From positions 1 through 26,329 of the forward strand of contig JAEOTC010000020.1 in the NCBI GenBank assembly GCA_016840035.1: a DNA stretch of 26,329 bases. Direction: 5' to 3'. The notes under the pieces were generated by a model. That model did not search any database. It was given only the letters and a program-made list of their open reading frames with translations, and was not told where the DNA came from. This document shows, in pieces, positions 16,320 through 25,362 of the stretch. A program made the translations under genes and the position numbers. Position 1 is the first letter of the stretch; every line of letters starts with the position of its first letter. This DNA is from Candidatus Hodarchaeota archaeon (GTDB lineage Archaea; Asgardarchaeota; Heimdallarchaeia; Hodarchaeales; Hodarchaeaceae).

Positions 16320-18038
16320 ATGATTAAAAAGCATTCAGTTTTAGTAGTGGGTTCTGGTCTTTCAGGAATGAGAGCTGCTATAGCGGCTAAAGAAAGTGGT
16401 GTAGATTGCGCAGTTATATCAATTTGTCAACCTGTGAGAAGTCACAGCGTAGCAGCACAAGGAGGAATTAATGCTCCGCTAGGAAATGCTCCTGAGTCAA
16501 AGGACGATTCAGTTGAACGTCACGCTTTTGATACGGTAAAAGGTTCAGATTATCTTGCTGACCAACCAGCCGTATTGAAAATGATTGGTTTAGCGAAAGA
16601 AACTATCTACGAGCTTGAACACTGGGGTTGCCCATTTTCACGATTTGAAGATGGAAAGATAGGTCAAAGACCTTTTGGAGGAGCCGGATATCCGAGAACT
16701 TGCTTTGCAGCAGATAGAACGGGTCACTCTGTTATTCATGTGTTGTGGGAAAGATCGGTCAAACTTGGTGTTCCAGTTTATGAAGATAGATTTGTAGTTA
16801 AATTAGCCACCAAAGATAAAAAAGTTACAGGGTTAATTGCATTAAACTTTGTGACTGGCGAACTAGAAATGTGGGAATGTGATGCGGTTGTTTTCGCAAT
16901 TGGAGGTGCAGGCCAAATTTATGGAGCTACTTCAAATGCACTAAATTGCACTGGATTTGGTATCGCAGTTGCCGCATGGGCTGGTGTTGCTATGAAGGAT
17001 ATGGAATTTATTCAGTTTCATCCAACATCACTCTACGGGAATAATGTACTGATCAGCGAAGCAGCCCGAGGAGAAGGTGGATATCTTCGTAACAACAAGG
17101 GAGAACGCTTCATGGAAAAATATGCACCTGAAAAAATGGAACTCGCACCTAGAGATATCGTTTCAAGATCGATCTATCAGGAAGTCCTTGAAGGACGTGG
17201 TTATGGGACAAAAGAGAATGGTTATGTCCATCTTGACCTTACCCACCTACCAGAATCGCAAATACTAGAACGACTTCCACAAATTCGAGAGCTTGCCTTG
17301 AGATTTTCAGGTCAGGATATGGTCAAGGATCCAATTCCTGTACAGCCAGGTTTTCATTATTTGATGGGTGGAACCCATGTTGATGAGAATTGTGCTAGTC
17401 CAGAGGTAGCAGGTTTCTATGCTACTGGTGAAGGAGCTTGTATTTCTGTTCATGGTGCTAATCGTCTTGGAGGAAATTCATTATTGGGTTGTGCTGTTTT
17501 CGGTAAGGTTGCTGGTTTAGAAGCAGCTAAATACGTCAAAGAAAACCCTTCAGTTTCCGATGCCCAATATTCAATTTTTGATGCGTATAAAAAACAACAA
17601 GAAGAAGTTGATTACTGGTACAGTGGCGAAGGTCAGAATGATCCTTTCGAAATTATGGAAGAAATGCGAAATGTCATGAAACTCAATGTATTCGTCTATC
17701 GTAAGGAAGACCAACTTCAAAAAGCTCTTGACAGTATTAGAGCATTAAAGAAGAAATTCAATGACGGAGTTTTTCTTAAATCGAAAGTTAGACACTATAA
17801 TCGAGAGTTAGAATGGGTTTTTGCTCTTAAAGGAATGCTTGACGAATCAGAGGCGATTTGTATAGGTGCTCTTGCTAGAAAAGAGTGTCGTGGTAGCCAT
17901 TGGCGTCTTGACCATATGAAGAGAGACGATGATAATTTCTTAAAGCATTCGCTAGTGAACTTTGTTAATGGCGAAGCAAAACTTAGCTATCAGGATGTCC
18001 AAATAACTAAATGGCAACCTGAAGAGAGGAAATACTGA
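16320..18038 (+). CDS. sdhA: Succinate dehydrogenase/fumarate reductase flavoprotein subunit
   Basis: GSGLSG Rossmann motif, [10 protein letters not shown] (covalent FAD His), [25 protein letters not shown] and [11 protein letters not shown]. Confidence 0.96.
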   Translation: MIKKHSVLVVGSGLSGMRAAIAAKESGVDCAVISICQPVRSHSVAAQGGINAPLGNAPESKDDSVERHAFDTVKGSDYLADQPAVLKMIGLAKETIYELEHWGCPFSRFEDGKIGQRPFGGAGYPRTCFAADRTGHSVIHVLWERSVKLGVPVYEDRFVVKLATKDKKVTGLIALNFVTGELEMWECDAVVFAIGGAGQIYGATSNALNCTGFGIAVAAWAGVAMKDMEFIQFHPTSLYGNNVLISEAARGEGGYLRNNKGERFMEKYAPEKMELAPRDIVSRSIYQEVLEGRGYGTKENGYVHLDLTHLPESQILERLPQIRELALRFSGQDMVKDPIPVQPGFHYLMGGTHVDENCASPEVAGFYATGEGACISVHGANRLGGNSLLGCAVFGKVAGLEAAKYVKENPSVSDAQYSIFDAYKKQQEEVDYWYSGEGQNDPFEIMEEMRNVMKLNVFVYRKEDQLQKALDSIRALKKKFNDGVFLKSKVRHYNRELEWVFALKGMLDESEAICIGALARKECRGSHWRLDHMKRDDDNFLKHSLVNFVNGEAKLSYQDVQITKWQPEERKY

Positions 18039-18047
18039 GGTGAAATC

Positions 18048-18791
18048 ATGAGTTCGACTAAGGAAACTAAAATGTTAACTTTCAAAATAAAACGTTTTAA
18101 TCCAGCGGTAGATGATAAACCTTATTTCGATACATTTGAATTGGAGTGTAACGAAGGAACCACGGTTCTAATTGCAATTCAGGAACTTATTGCCAAGCAA
18201 GATGGTTCTATTGCCATGAGATACAATTGTCGTGCTGGAGTTTGCGGTAGTTGTGCCGTTCTAGTGAATAAAAAATATGCTTTAGCTTGTGAGACTCTTG
18301 TTTTACAGTTGAATAAGAAAGAGATTAAGTTAGAACCTCTTCCCTTCTATCCTGTGATTAAAGATCTTGTTGTTGATATGTCACAATTCTACGAGAAATT
18401 ACTAGCTATTGAACCCTACTTGAAACGAGATCATTCTAAGGATCCTGAAGCTGAAATCCTTCAAAGTCCAGATGATTTCCATATCATTGAGGAATCTACC
18501 AAATGTATTCTCTGTGGAGCCTGTCACTCCTCGTGTGTCTCTGTTTGGACAGATAAAAACTATTTGGGTCCAGGTGCTTTATTGAAGGCATTCCGTTTTG
18601 CTAATGATACTCGTGATGAAGATAAACGTCAGAGGATCAAACGGGTTACTGCTGAAGATGGAGTTTTTCGATGTCATACCGCTTTTAACTGTGTGGAAGC
18701 TTGCCCCAAGGAACTTAATCCCACAGAAGCGATTCAGACATTGAAACGTCAATCTGCAAAACAAACATTGAAATTTTGGTCGAGAAGGTGA
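18048..18791 (+). CDS. sdhB: Succinate dehydrogenase iron-sulfur subunit
   Basis: CRAGVCGSC..C (2Fe-2S), CILCGACHSSC and CHTAFNCVEACP (4Fe-4S/3Fe-4S). GAGGTGA SD. Confidence 0.96.
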   Translation: MSSTKETKMLTFKIKRFNPAVDDKPYFDTFELECNEGTTVLIAIQELIAKQDGSIAMRYNCRAGVCGSCAVLVNKKYALACETLVLQLNKKEIKLEPLPFYPVIKDLVVDMSQFYEKLLAIEPYLKRDHSKDPEAEILQSPDDFHIIEESTKCILCGACHSSCVSVWTDKNYLGPGALLKAFRFANDTRDEDKRQRIKRVTAEDGVFRCHTAFNCVEACPKELNPTEAIQTLKRQSAKQTLKFWSRR

Positions 18792-18795
18792 CCAA

Positions 18796-18813
18796 AATCC
18801 CCTTTTTTTTCTT
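18796..18813 (+). terminator. C/U-tract terminator of the sdh operon
   Basis: AATCCCC followed by a T8 run and CTT directly after the sdhB stop. Confidence 0.6.
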
Positions 18814-19014
18814 AAATTCTCAACAATATTGAACGACTCTTTTCTAAATTATATTCTCTCATTGAGAGGGTTCGGGAATAAGATTACACTATTTTTCTCA
18901 TTCCCATAGCTGATGACTGACCTGCAGAAGTCTAAATATATAAATAGCTCTTTGCTGCAACACATATATTCAAGATATTTTGTTTAATCAGAATGAACAT
19001 AAGATTGGTTTACT

Positions 19015-19962
19015 ATGGATGTAACTGACAGATTACGCTATAGAGCTCGTCAAAGAGAATCTACGGATTTATATAATTCTGGCAATTACGAAGAAGTCCT
19101 GAAAAGTGATATGAAATTAGCCAAAGAATATCCAGAGCAAAAAACAGCTATTTATTATTCAATGATAGCTGCAGCAGCAAAAATGGAAGATTACACCCTT
19201 TCTTGTAGGTTTATCAAAGAAATACTAGATGAGGGGGGTTGGTATTCAGAGATGATCTTGCGTCAAAGTCCTTCATTATACCCTCTTCAAGGATTATCTG
19301 AATTTGAGGACTTGGTAACTACAAGCATTGCCCGATCTAAACAATCCCAAAAACCCAAAAGTATTACAGTTATTCCAGAGAGTAAAAATCCTCCTTATCC
19401 ACTAATAGTTAGTTTACATGGAGGAGGTGGATTTATTGAAGATGAATATGAACACTGGAAGCCAATAGTAGATCAGGGGTACATTCTAGGGATACCACGC
19501 TCTAATCAACTCTTCTGGTCAGGAAAAGATAACGCTTACTGGCCAGATTACGAAACAACGGTTAAACAAACAAAAAATTATATAGCAAAAATCAACGAGG
19601 ATATTCTTGATCCAAAACGTATGATTCTTGGAGGATTCTCTCAGGGAGGAAGTCTTGCCCTTCAGATGGTATTAACTCACGATATCTCTGCATTTGGTTT
19701 TATAGTTGTAGCTCCTGGAGGAGGAATGATTGATGAACCTGAAAAATGGCAATCTCTGATCGATAAAAATAAACCTCATAATATTCGTGGAATAATCATT
19801 CGTGGTACAGAAGATCTGGTTATCCCCCGAGATAGGTTAAGAAGCCTTTCTATATTGCTGAATGAACATAAAATCCCATGTGAGTTCCTTGAGTACCCTA
19901 AACTGGGTCATTGGTATCCTCCTGATCTAATTAATCTAGTATCTTCCTACAACATGTTTTAA
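19015..19962 (+). CDS. Alpha/beta hydrolase (phospholipase/carboxylesterase-like) with helical N-terminal domain
   Basis: LHGGGG oxyanion region, GFSQG nucleophile elbow, GTED Asp and LGHW His. Confidence 0.85.
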   Translation: MDVTDRLRYRARQRESTDLYNSGNYEEVLKSDMKLAKEYPEQKTAIYYSMIAAAAKMEDYTLSCRFIKEILDEGGWYSEMILRQSPSLYPLQGLSEFEDLVTTSIARSKQSQKPKSITVIPESKNPPYPLIVSLHGGGGFIEDEYEHWKPIVDQGYILGIPRSNQLFWSGKDNAYWPDYETTVKQTKNYIAKINEDILDPKRMILGGFSQGGSLALQMVLTHDISAFGFIVVAPGGGMIDEPEKWQSLIDKNKPHNIRGIIIRGTEDLVIPRDRLRSLSILLNEHKIPCEFLEYPKLGHWYPPDLINLVSSYNMF

Positions 19963-20093
19963 AGTCTTTTAGAAAGAAGAAAGTATCGTTTATTCATTAT
20001 CACGGAAGAGAAGAGAAAATAATGAATGATTGATAAAAGGCAATAAAAATAAAAGCCAAATACTCATTTTGATGTCAATCTGGAGATGTCACC

Positions 20094-20888
20094 ATGAGTT
20101 CATATTTAAGTAAAAGATTTCTGATTCCGCTTTTTCTTGGAAGTATAGGTTTTTTAACAATTCTAGTTTCTGAGTGTATCGTCTATGATCAAGGAGAAAA
20201 AATTATCGAAGTTACATGGCTTGCCAGTTTATTTATAGTCATTTCTACAATTGTCATTCGATTTTATTCTATTGATGAAGGACGCGTGCATCAAATAATG
20301 ACTGAGTCCAATCCTATAAAGAATGTTGAATTGCACCCCACTCGATATTTGAATTGGATGGTAATATCTATGCTAGTTGGTTTCATTTCTACGGTAGTAA
20401 TTGCTTACGACTTTATTTATGGAATGCTTTCATATTTAGTTATGCAGTTATGTCTGATCATTGCTTTCTCTGGAATCATTCAAATTAATCCTTTAGGTTA
20501 TAGAAGTAATTCCTCTACCTTTCGGAAAATCATAATATTCACCATTCTCTGGGTGTTATTAATTCCAGCACTCTATTTTGTTTTAATTTTTAGTGGTCCC
20601 GATTCCCTTATTGTTGTCCCTTACGTAATTGCTATTGGTGCTATGGCCTGTATTTCTTGGTTTGGAGTCGCGTATGAACGTAGAACAGGACTCTTTCGGT
20701 GGTTAATGATTATCGCAACTGGGTTGTTTGTGTTTTCTGATACTCTTATCGGTAATAATCGATATGGAAACGTAGAAATTGATTTGAATTTCCTGATTGA
20801 TGTTACTTACGTTCTAAATATTTTCTTGTTATCTCACGCAATCTTATTCTTACGTAGTAAGCTGGGTATGATTCCGCTTAAGGATTGA
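20094..20888 (+). CDS. YhhN/lysoplasmalogenase-like membrane protein (divergent)
   Basis: About 8 TM helices. PYVIAIGAM, GLFVFSDTLIG and VTY match the YhhN C-terminal half; N-terminal half motifs are degenerate. Confidence 0.6.
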   Translation: MSSYLSKRFLIPLFLGSIGFLTILVSECIVYDQGEKIIEVTWLASLFIVISTIVIRFYSIDEGRVHQIMTESNPIKNVELHPTRYLNWMVISMLVGFISTVVIAYDFIYGMLSYLVMQLCLIIAFSGIIQINPLGYRSNSSTFRKIIIFTILWVLLIPALYFVLIFSGPDSLIVVPYVIAIGAMACISWFGVAYERRTGLFRWLMIIATGLFVFSDTLIGNNRYGNVEIDLNFLIDVTYVLNIFLLSHAILFLRSKLGMIPLKD

Positions 20889-20930
20889 ATTGTTAGTGAT
20901 TCTTTTTCCTAACACAATTGATTAGTTCTA

Positions 20931-20946
20931 GAAAGGTATTTATATG
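20931..20946 (+). promoter_or_regulatory. Putative BRE+TATA promoter
   Basis: GAAAGG-TA-TTTATAT about 50 nt upstream of the ATG at 20996. Confidence 0.5.
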
Positions 20947-20995
20947 AATAAATATCTTTGTTCAAATAAGATATCTTATTTGAATAAGGGTAATT

Positions 20996-21481
20996 ATGAT
21001 GCAGAAAGACATAAGATACTTGCAAGAGAGAAGTGTGAATATTAACCGAATAACAGATAGATTGGTTTCAACATTTGATAAATTCGCAGATGAATATTTG
21101 AAAGTCGAAGGAAAGTTTGACCCAATTTACTTTTGTAGAGATGATGAAGTTGTTCAATATATTACATTGGAGTATCAGGGAGAGCCCGAAAAATCAGTAG
21201 TATTAGCTTTAGATTCATCAGGATTATGGATTCTGAAAGCTTATCCTCCTGATGTAAAGTCTAATTATCTACCGACATTAAGAAAGGGTAAACAACTAAA
21301 ATTTATCGAGTTACCCTCAAAAGTCCAATTTCAGTTGGTTTCTGATCTACCTGAAATGGTAAAATTCTTCGCTCAAGAGTTAATGAAAAGGGAAGAGCAG
21401 GCACAGGAGCTACTAGATAAGCTTGAAAAGATTGTGGAAGAAACCAATTTTGAAAATGATATGGAAAAAGATCTATCATGA
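20996..21481 (+). CDS. Hypothetical protein with C-terminal acidic coiled coil
   Basis: 161-aa ORF with its own promoter-like element. No recognised family. Confidence 0.7.
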   Translation: MMQKDIRYLQERSVNINRITDRLVSTFDKFADEYLKVEGKFDPIYFCRDDEVVQYITLEYQGEPEKSVVLALDSSGLWILKAYPPDVKSNYLPTLRKGKQLKFIELPSKVQFQLVSDLPEMVKFFAQELMKREEQAQELLDKLEKIVEETNFENDMEKDLS

Positions 21482-21498
21482 TGAGTAAGGGTTAGAAG

Positions 21499-21657
21499 AT
21501 GTTTAAAATGTCACCTAAATCTGACTCCCAATCCAATCTTAAACTCAAGTCAAGTCTAAATCATCAAAAGCCACTGATACAAAGTGAAACTGAGATTTAT
21601 AATTATTTGGCCGACGCAAAGGAATTGTTAAAAGAACATAGCCAAAAAAATCGTTGA
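21499..21657 (+). CDS. Small hypothetical protein, 52 aa (not in ORF track)
   Basis: ATG 21499 to TGA 21657 gives MFKMSPKSDSQSNLKLKSSLNHQKPLIQSETEIYNYLADAKELLKEHSQKNR. Fills the gap between the 161-aa gene and the nitrilase. Confidence 0.4.
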   Translation: MFKMSPKSDSQSNLKLKSSLNHQKPLIQSETEIYNYLADAKELLKEHSQKNR

Positions 21658-21688
21658 ATAAGTACTTAATTAAGAACTATTCAATTAG

Positions 21689-22615
21689 TTAATCTTTTTT
21701 CTTTAGAGGGTAGTTAAAAATGTCAAAACGAGAATAATGGCCAGAATAGTCAAAATTCTGTCTTTCTTCAATGGCTTTAAGGAAATCGATATCAGCATAG
21801 ACAATTCCTTCCTTCTCAATGAAAGGTTCTTCAACGAAATTTCCTTTCGGATCAGCAATGACTGTTCCCCCATTCTGCCAGAATTTCCCCTTATTCTCTT
21901 CTAGATTTAGGTATTTCTTAACGGGAAAGTCAGAATCAGATAGATCAAGAAGGTCCTCTGTTCGAAGTAGACCTGATACAGATAGCACCCAATACCGACC
22001 CTCTAAAGCAATAAATTTGGTTATGTCTTTCGTTAAACCGTCGCTTCCTGGCCACACAGCAATATGTAAGAGCTCGTTTTGTTTATGTAGAGCGGCGCGG
22101 GTATACGGGATCCAGTTTTCCCAACAGTTCAATCCACCAATCTTGTATCCATGGAATGGGACGGTACGCAATCCTTCGCTATCACCATCTGCCCAAACTA
22201 AGCGCTCTTCATAAGTGGGTTTGATCTTTCGATGTCTATTGATGAGCTCCCCATTTTCGTTAATAGTAATAAGAGTGCAATATGTGGAACCACTTGATTT
22301 CTCAGTTATTCCACCCATCATCATTATCTTCAACTCTTGGGCTAATTGTTTCATTTCACGCAAAATAGCAGAATTAGATAAGTCAAGAGCTTCACACCAA
22401 TATGTACTGTACGTTTTCTTCTGTTCAGGATCGCTCCACTTTGCCCCTCCAGTCGGAGAAGGCCAAAAAGGATACCCTGGAATAAGTGTTTCCCCCCAAG
22501 CAACTAATTGTGCATCATTCTCTTGTGCTTCTTGGATAAATTCTTTCAATTTTTCCCAAGTCTTTTTACTGTTCAGAAACACTGGAGCAATTTGTATCCC
22601 GGCAATACGAACCAA
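21689..22615 (-). CDS. Nitrilase (carbon-nitrogen hydrolase, branch 1)
   Basis: Glu-Lys-Cys triad in ETLIPGYP, HRKIKPTYEER and LNCWEN; C-terminal DYSGHYSR. TTG start with GAGGT SD. Confidence 0.9.
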   Translation of the reverse strand: MVRIAGIQIAPVFLNSKKTWEKLKEFIQEAQENDAQLVAWGETLIPGYPFWPSPTGGAKWSDPEQKKTYSTYWCEALDLSNSAILREMKQLAQELKIMMMGGITEKSSGSTYCTLITINENGELINRHRKIKPTYEERLVWADGDSEGLRTVPFHGYKIGGLNCWENWIPYTRAALHKQNELLHIAVWPGSDGLTKDITKFIALEGRYWVLSVSGLLRTEDLLDLSDSDFPVKKYLNLEENKGKFWQNGGTVIADPKGNFVEEPFIEKEGIVYADIDFLKAIEERQNFDYSGHYSRFDIFNYPLKKKD

Positions 22616-22659
22616 ATCAAAACCTCTGTATCTATAAAGATGAAAAATAAATTATTATC

Positions 22660-23185
22660 TTAATGATTGGTATTCACTCATAGACGTGATTAATTTTGTA
22701 TGAAAAAGACTGGATTAAAATCCGAAGAGTTGGTTATTTTCGACGTTTTCACTGCTCTCTCTGTCTCATATCCTTATATAATCCGAGATGGAAACAGCAA
22801 TGTACCCTCGGAAAGCGGACCAATCAAACATTTGTTCAAATCCCGTTCTTAAGATTTATACAAATGCTGGAATATAAGGGAAAACTAGTAGGAATAACTA
22901 TGGTTCGAGTCACTGAAACTTATACTTCCCAGCAATGTAGCCTTGCGGTTATCGTCATAAATGGAATAGACTCTCCCAAGGGTGCTTCCATTGTCTGGCC
23001 TGTGATTTTCAGATGAATGCTGATTAGAATGCTGCACGAAATATTTTTCAGCGGTTCAAAAGAAAATTCCAAGTAATCCCAATGGATACTTCCACCCGCG
23101 AAGGATCTCTACCGGATAGAGGAGTTGTGACTTCTCCCGTCCAGAACTTGTTTTAAGAAGTTGTCTGACAAATTTAGTCATAAGT
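22660..23185 (+). mobile_element. Non-autonomous IS200/IS605-family remnant (boundaries approximate)
   Basis: tnpB pseudogene without tnpA. 3' hairpins at 23114-23142, 23142-23167 and 23166-23180 resemble right-end/omegaRNA structure. Confidence 0.65.
22696..23156 (+). pseudogene. tnpB: Truncated, frameshifted tnpB (IS200/IS605/IS1341 RNA-guided nuclease)
   Basis: YNPRWKQ..LGKRTNQTFVQIPF..MLEYKG..ETYTSQQCS, then a 1-nt frameshift at about 22942 into CGY..FHCLAC..NAD*NAARNI..DRGVVTSPV. In-frame TAG at 23025; final TAA at 23154-23156. Confidence 0.88.
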
Positions 23186-23264
23186 CTTTTCTTTTCATTA
23201 TTTGTTTTCAAGATTCTATACGAATTCTAATTATGAATAGTTCAAGTTATTTGGGGAATTGATC

Positions 23265-24008
23265 ATGTCTAATAAACCATTGCAACCTCATATAAAGGTA
23301 CGAGAAGTTGACAAGATTTGTTTTATTGCTGGAAATCCTGATAGAATTTCTGTTATTGCATCTCATCTAGAAAATGCAGAAAAACTAGCTGAACATCGAG
23401 GACTTGTTGCATATAAGGGTGTTACTCCTTCTAAAAATATCCCTGTGACTATTTTAACCACAGGGATGGGGTGCCCGAGTACAGCGATCGTATTAGAAGA
23501 AGCTTATCGAGCAGGAGGACGTATTTTTATCAGAATAGGTTCTACTGGATCTCTTTTGCCAGGAGAAAAACATGGTATTGGTTCCATCTATATCCCATAT
23601 GGTGCGATTCGTGACGATGGTACCTCTCCAAAGCTTGCCTCTATGAAGGTTCCTGCAATTGCCTCCCCATCGATTTTCCAAGCTTTATGTCAAGCTGCCG
23701 AGAATTTGAATATTTCATTTAATACAGGTTTGGTATGGACCTCTGATGTGTATTATTTTGAGGATCCCAACCGATTCAAAGAATGGAGTAAAGTGGGTGG
23801 AACCTGTGTCGAAATGGAGTCTGCTCTTCTTTATATTTTTGGATTATTGAAAAAAGTACAAACAGGGACAATTCTTACATCTGATGGGAATCTTAATGAT
23901 CCTGATAGCATTTATGTAGGATCAGTTGAAGAAAATCTTAAGAAGTTCGAAGCTGGGGTAGTTAATTCTATAAAATGTGCTATTGAAGCTGTAGAGCTTC
24001 TTAGTTAG
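23265..24008 (+). CDS. Nucleoside phosphorylase (uridine phosphorylase/PNP_UDP_1 family)
   Basis: QPHI, GNPDR, TTGMGCPS, IRIGSTGSL, AIRDDGTS, WTSDVYY and VEMESA. Confidence 0.9.
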   Translation: MSNKPLQPHIKVREVDKICFIAGNPDRISVIASHLENAEKLAEHRGLVAYKGVTPSKNIPVTILTTGMGCPSTAIVLEEAYRAGGRIFIRIGSTGSLLPGEKHGIGSIYIPYGAIRDDGTSPKLASMKVPAIASPSIFQALCQAAENLNISFNTGLVWTSDVYYFEDPNRFKEWSKVGGTCVEMESALLYIFGLLKKVQTGTILTSDGNLNDPDSIYVGSVEENLKKFEAGVVNSIKCAIEAVELLS

Positions 24009-24044
24009 CATAATATGAGATTTTCTTAAAGGATTTGTTTAATA

Positions 24045-25352
24045 TTGCCAAGTAATGAAAAGGAAACTATTGATATTAACCTTAAAAATTCCATTCAGAA
24101 AGTGATCTCCTCTGGATATGATCCGATAAAGCATTTAGAGAAATTAAATTACCCAAGAAGAGCTGGTTCACCAGGTGATAAAAAAGCAGTAGAGTACATA
24201 AGTTCTACTCTTCAAAATTTAGGTTACAATCCCGAAATTCAAGAATTTAAATATCTTGCTTCATCAAAACCTACAAGCTTGCGTTTTCCACTCGTGATAT
24301 TTAGCTGGGGAGTTCTTACAATCTTAAATATACTTTATCTAGAGAATAATCCCATTATTAGTTTGATAACACTCATTCTTCCTACAGTAATTTTGATAGG
24401 TATATTTAATTTTGAATTTTTTGTGAAATTCTTTTTTAAACGAAGAAGAAAACAATCAGAAGAATTAGAGTTAAATATTAAACAGGAGAAACTGACAGAA
24501 CATGAACTGAAAAGGATTAACACAAGTCAGAATGTAATTGCGGAAATTGGTGATCATAATGCTACTCATCACTTTTTATTCACTGCACATTTGGATTCCA
24601 TTTCCTCTAAACTTCCAATGAGATTTACTAAAATCGCTGGAATTTTCGGCTTCGGCTCCTTCTGTCTCTTTTCATTAGGTTATACTTTGAATTTTCTGTT
24701 AGTAATCATCTTTGATTCGTATTTTATGAATTCTTGGACACTTTTCTATCTTATACTTGTACTGACATGTTTGATTCTGTTGGAAACTATAATATTCTTA
24801 CGTAGTTTTCGTGGTAACGAATCCCACGGGATTATCGATGATGGAAGCGGAGTAGCTATCTTGTTGGAACTTGCAAAATATCTTAAAAGTCAGAAACTTA
24901 TCAACCACAAGTTTACTCTTGGATTTTTTGGTGCAGAGGAAGCGGGTTTAATTGGTTCATCATATTATCACAGACATTCTTCTTTACCCCATAATACTCA
25001 TATTATTTCTGTAGATATGATCGGTGAGAAAGCTCCTTTGAAATTTGTCAAAGGGATAAATCCACTTATCAAAACTAAGTTAAACTCCACTTTTAATAAC
25101 AAACTCATATCAATAGCAAATCAATTGGAGATAGAACTCAAAGAATCAAGTTTTCCGTACCCAGGATCAGATTTTGCTCATTGGTTATATGATGGATATC
25201 AAACAAACTGGCTAATAAACAGTAGTAGGTTTATCCATTCCAAAAACGATCACTTTGAAAATGTAGATGAGACCTTAGTTACTGATGCACTGCGATTATT
25301 ACTAGCATATATTTATCTTGAGTTATCTAATGGCTCAAATACGAACATTTAA
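24045..25352 (+). CDS. Membrane-embedded M28-family zinc metallopeptidase
   Basis: PRRAGSPGD, AHLDS, DDGSG, AEEAGLIGS, SVDMIG, GSDF and IHSKND. Two inserted TM hairpins. Confidence 0.85.
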   Translation: MPSNEKETIDINLKNSIQKVISSGYDPIKHLEKLNYPRRAGSPGDKKAVEYISSTLQNLGYNPEIQEFKYLASSKPTSLRFPLVIFSWGVLTILNILYLENNPIISLITLILPTVILIGIFNFEFFVKFFFKRRRKQSEELELNIKQEKLTEHELKRINTSQNVIAEIGDHNATHHFLFTAHLDSISSKLPMRFTKIAGIFGFGSFCLFSLGYTLNFLLVIIFDSYFMNSWTLFYLILVLTCLILLETIIFLRSFRGNESHGIIDDGSGVAILLELAKYLKSQKLINHKFTLGFFGAEEAGLIGSSYYHRHSSLPHNTHIISVDMIGEKAPLKFVKGINPLIKTKLNSTFNNKLISIANQLEIELKESSFPYPGSDFAHWLYDGYQTNWLINSSRFIHSKNDHFENVDETLVTDALRLLLAYIYLELSNGSNTNI

Positions 25353-25362
25353 TGTGAAATCT

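Noticed and set aside
18855-18905. tRNA-like fragment (GGTTCG with flanking hairpins)
   Set aside because: No cloverleaf can be built; only generic inverted repeats are present.
19962-19970. AAGTCTTTT match to the putative TnpB guide
   Set aside because: A 9-nt AT-rich match is expected by chance, and no TAM is defined.
21478-21524. Box C/D sRNA candidate (ATGATGA ... CTGA, 47 nt)
   Set aside because: The C box is explained by tandem TGA stops, the internal boxes are poor, and no rRNA target could be identified by eye.
23025-23027. In-frame TAG in tnpB as pyrrolysine or readthrough
   Set aside because: It co-occurs with a frameshift and a large truncation, so ordinary pseudogene decay explains it.
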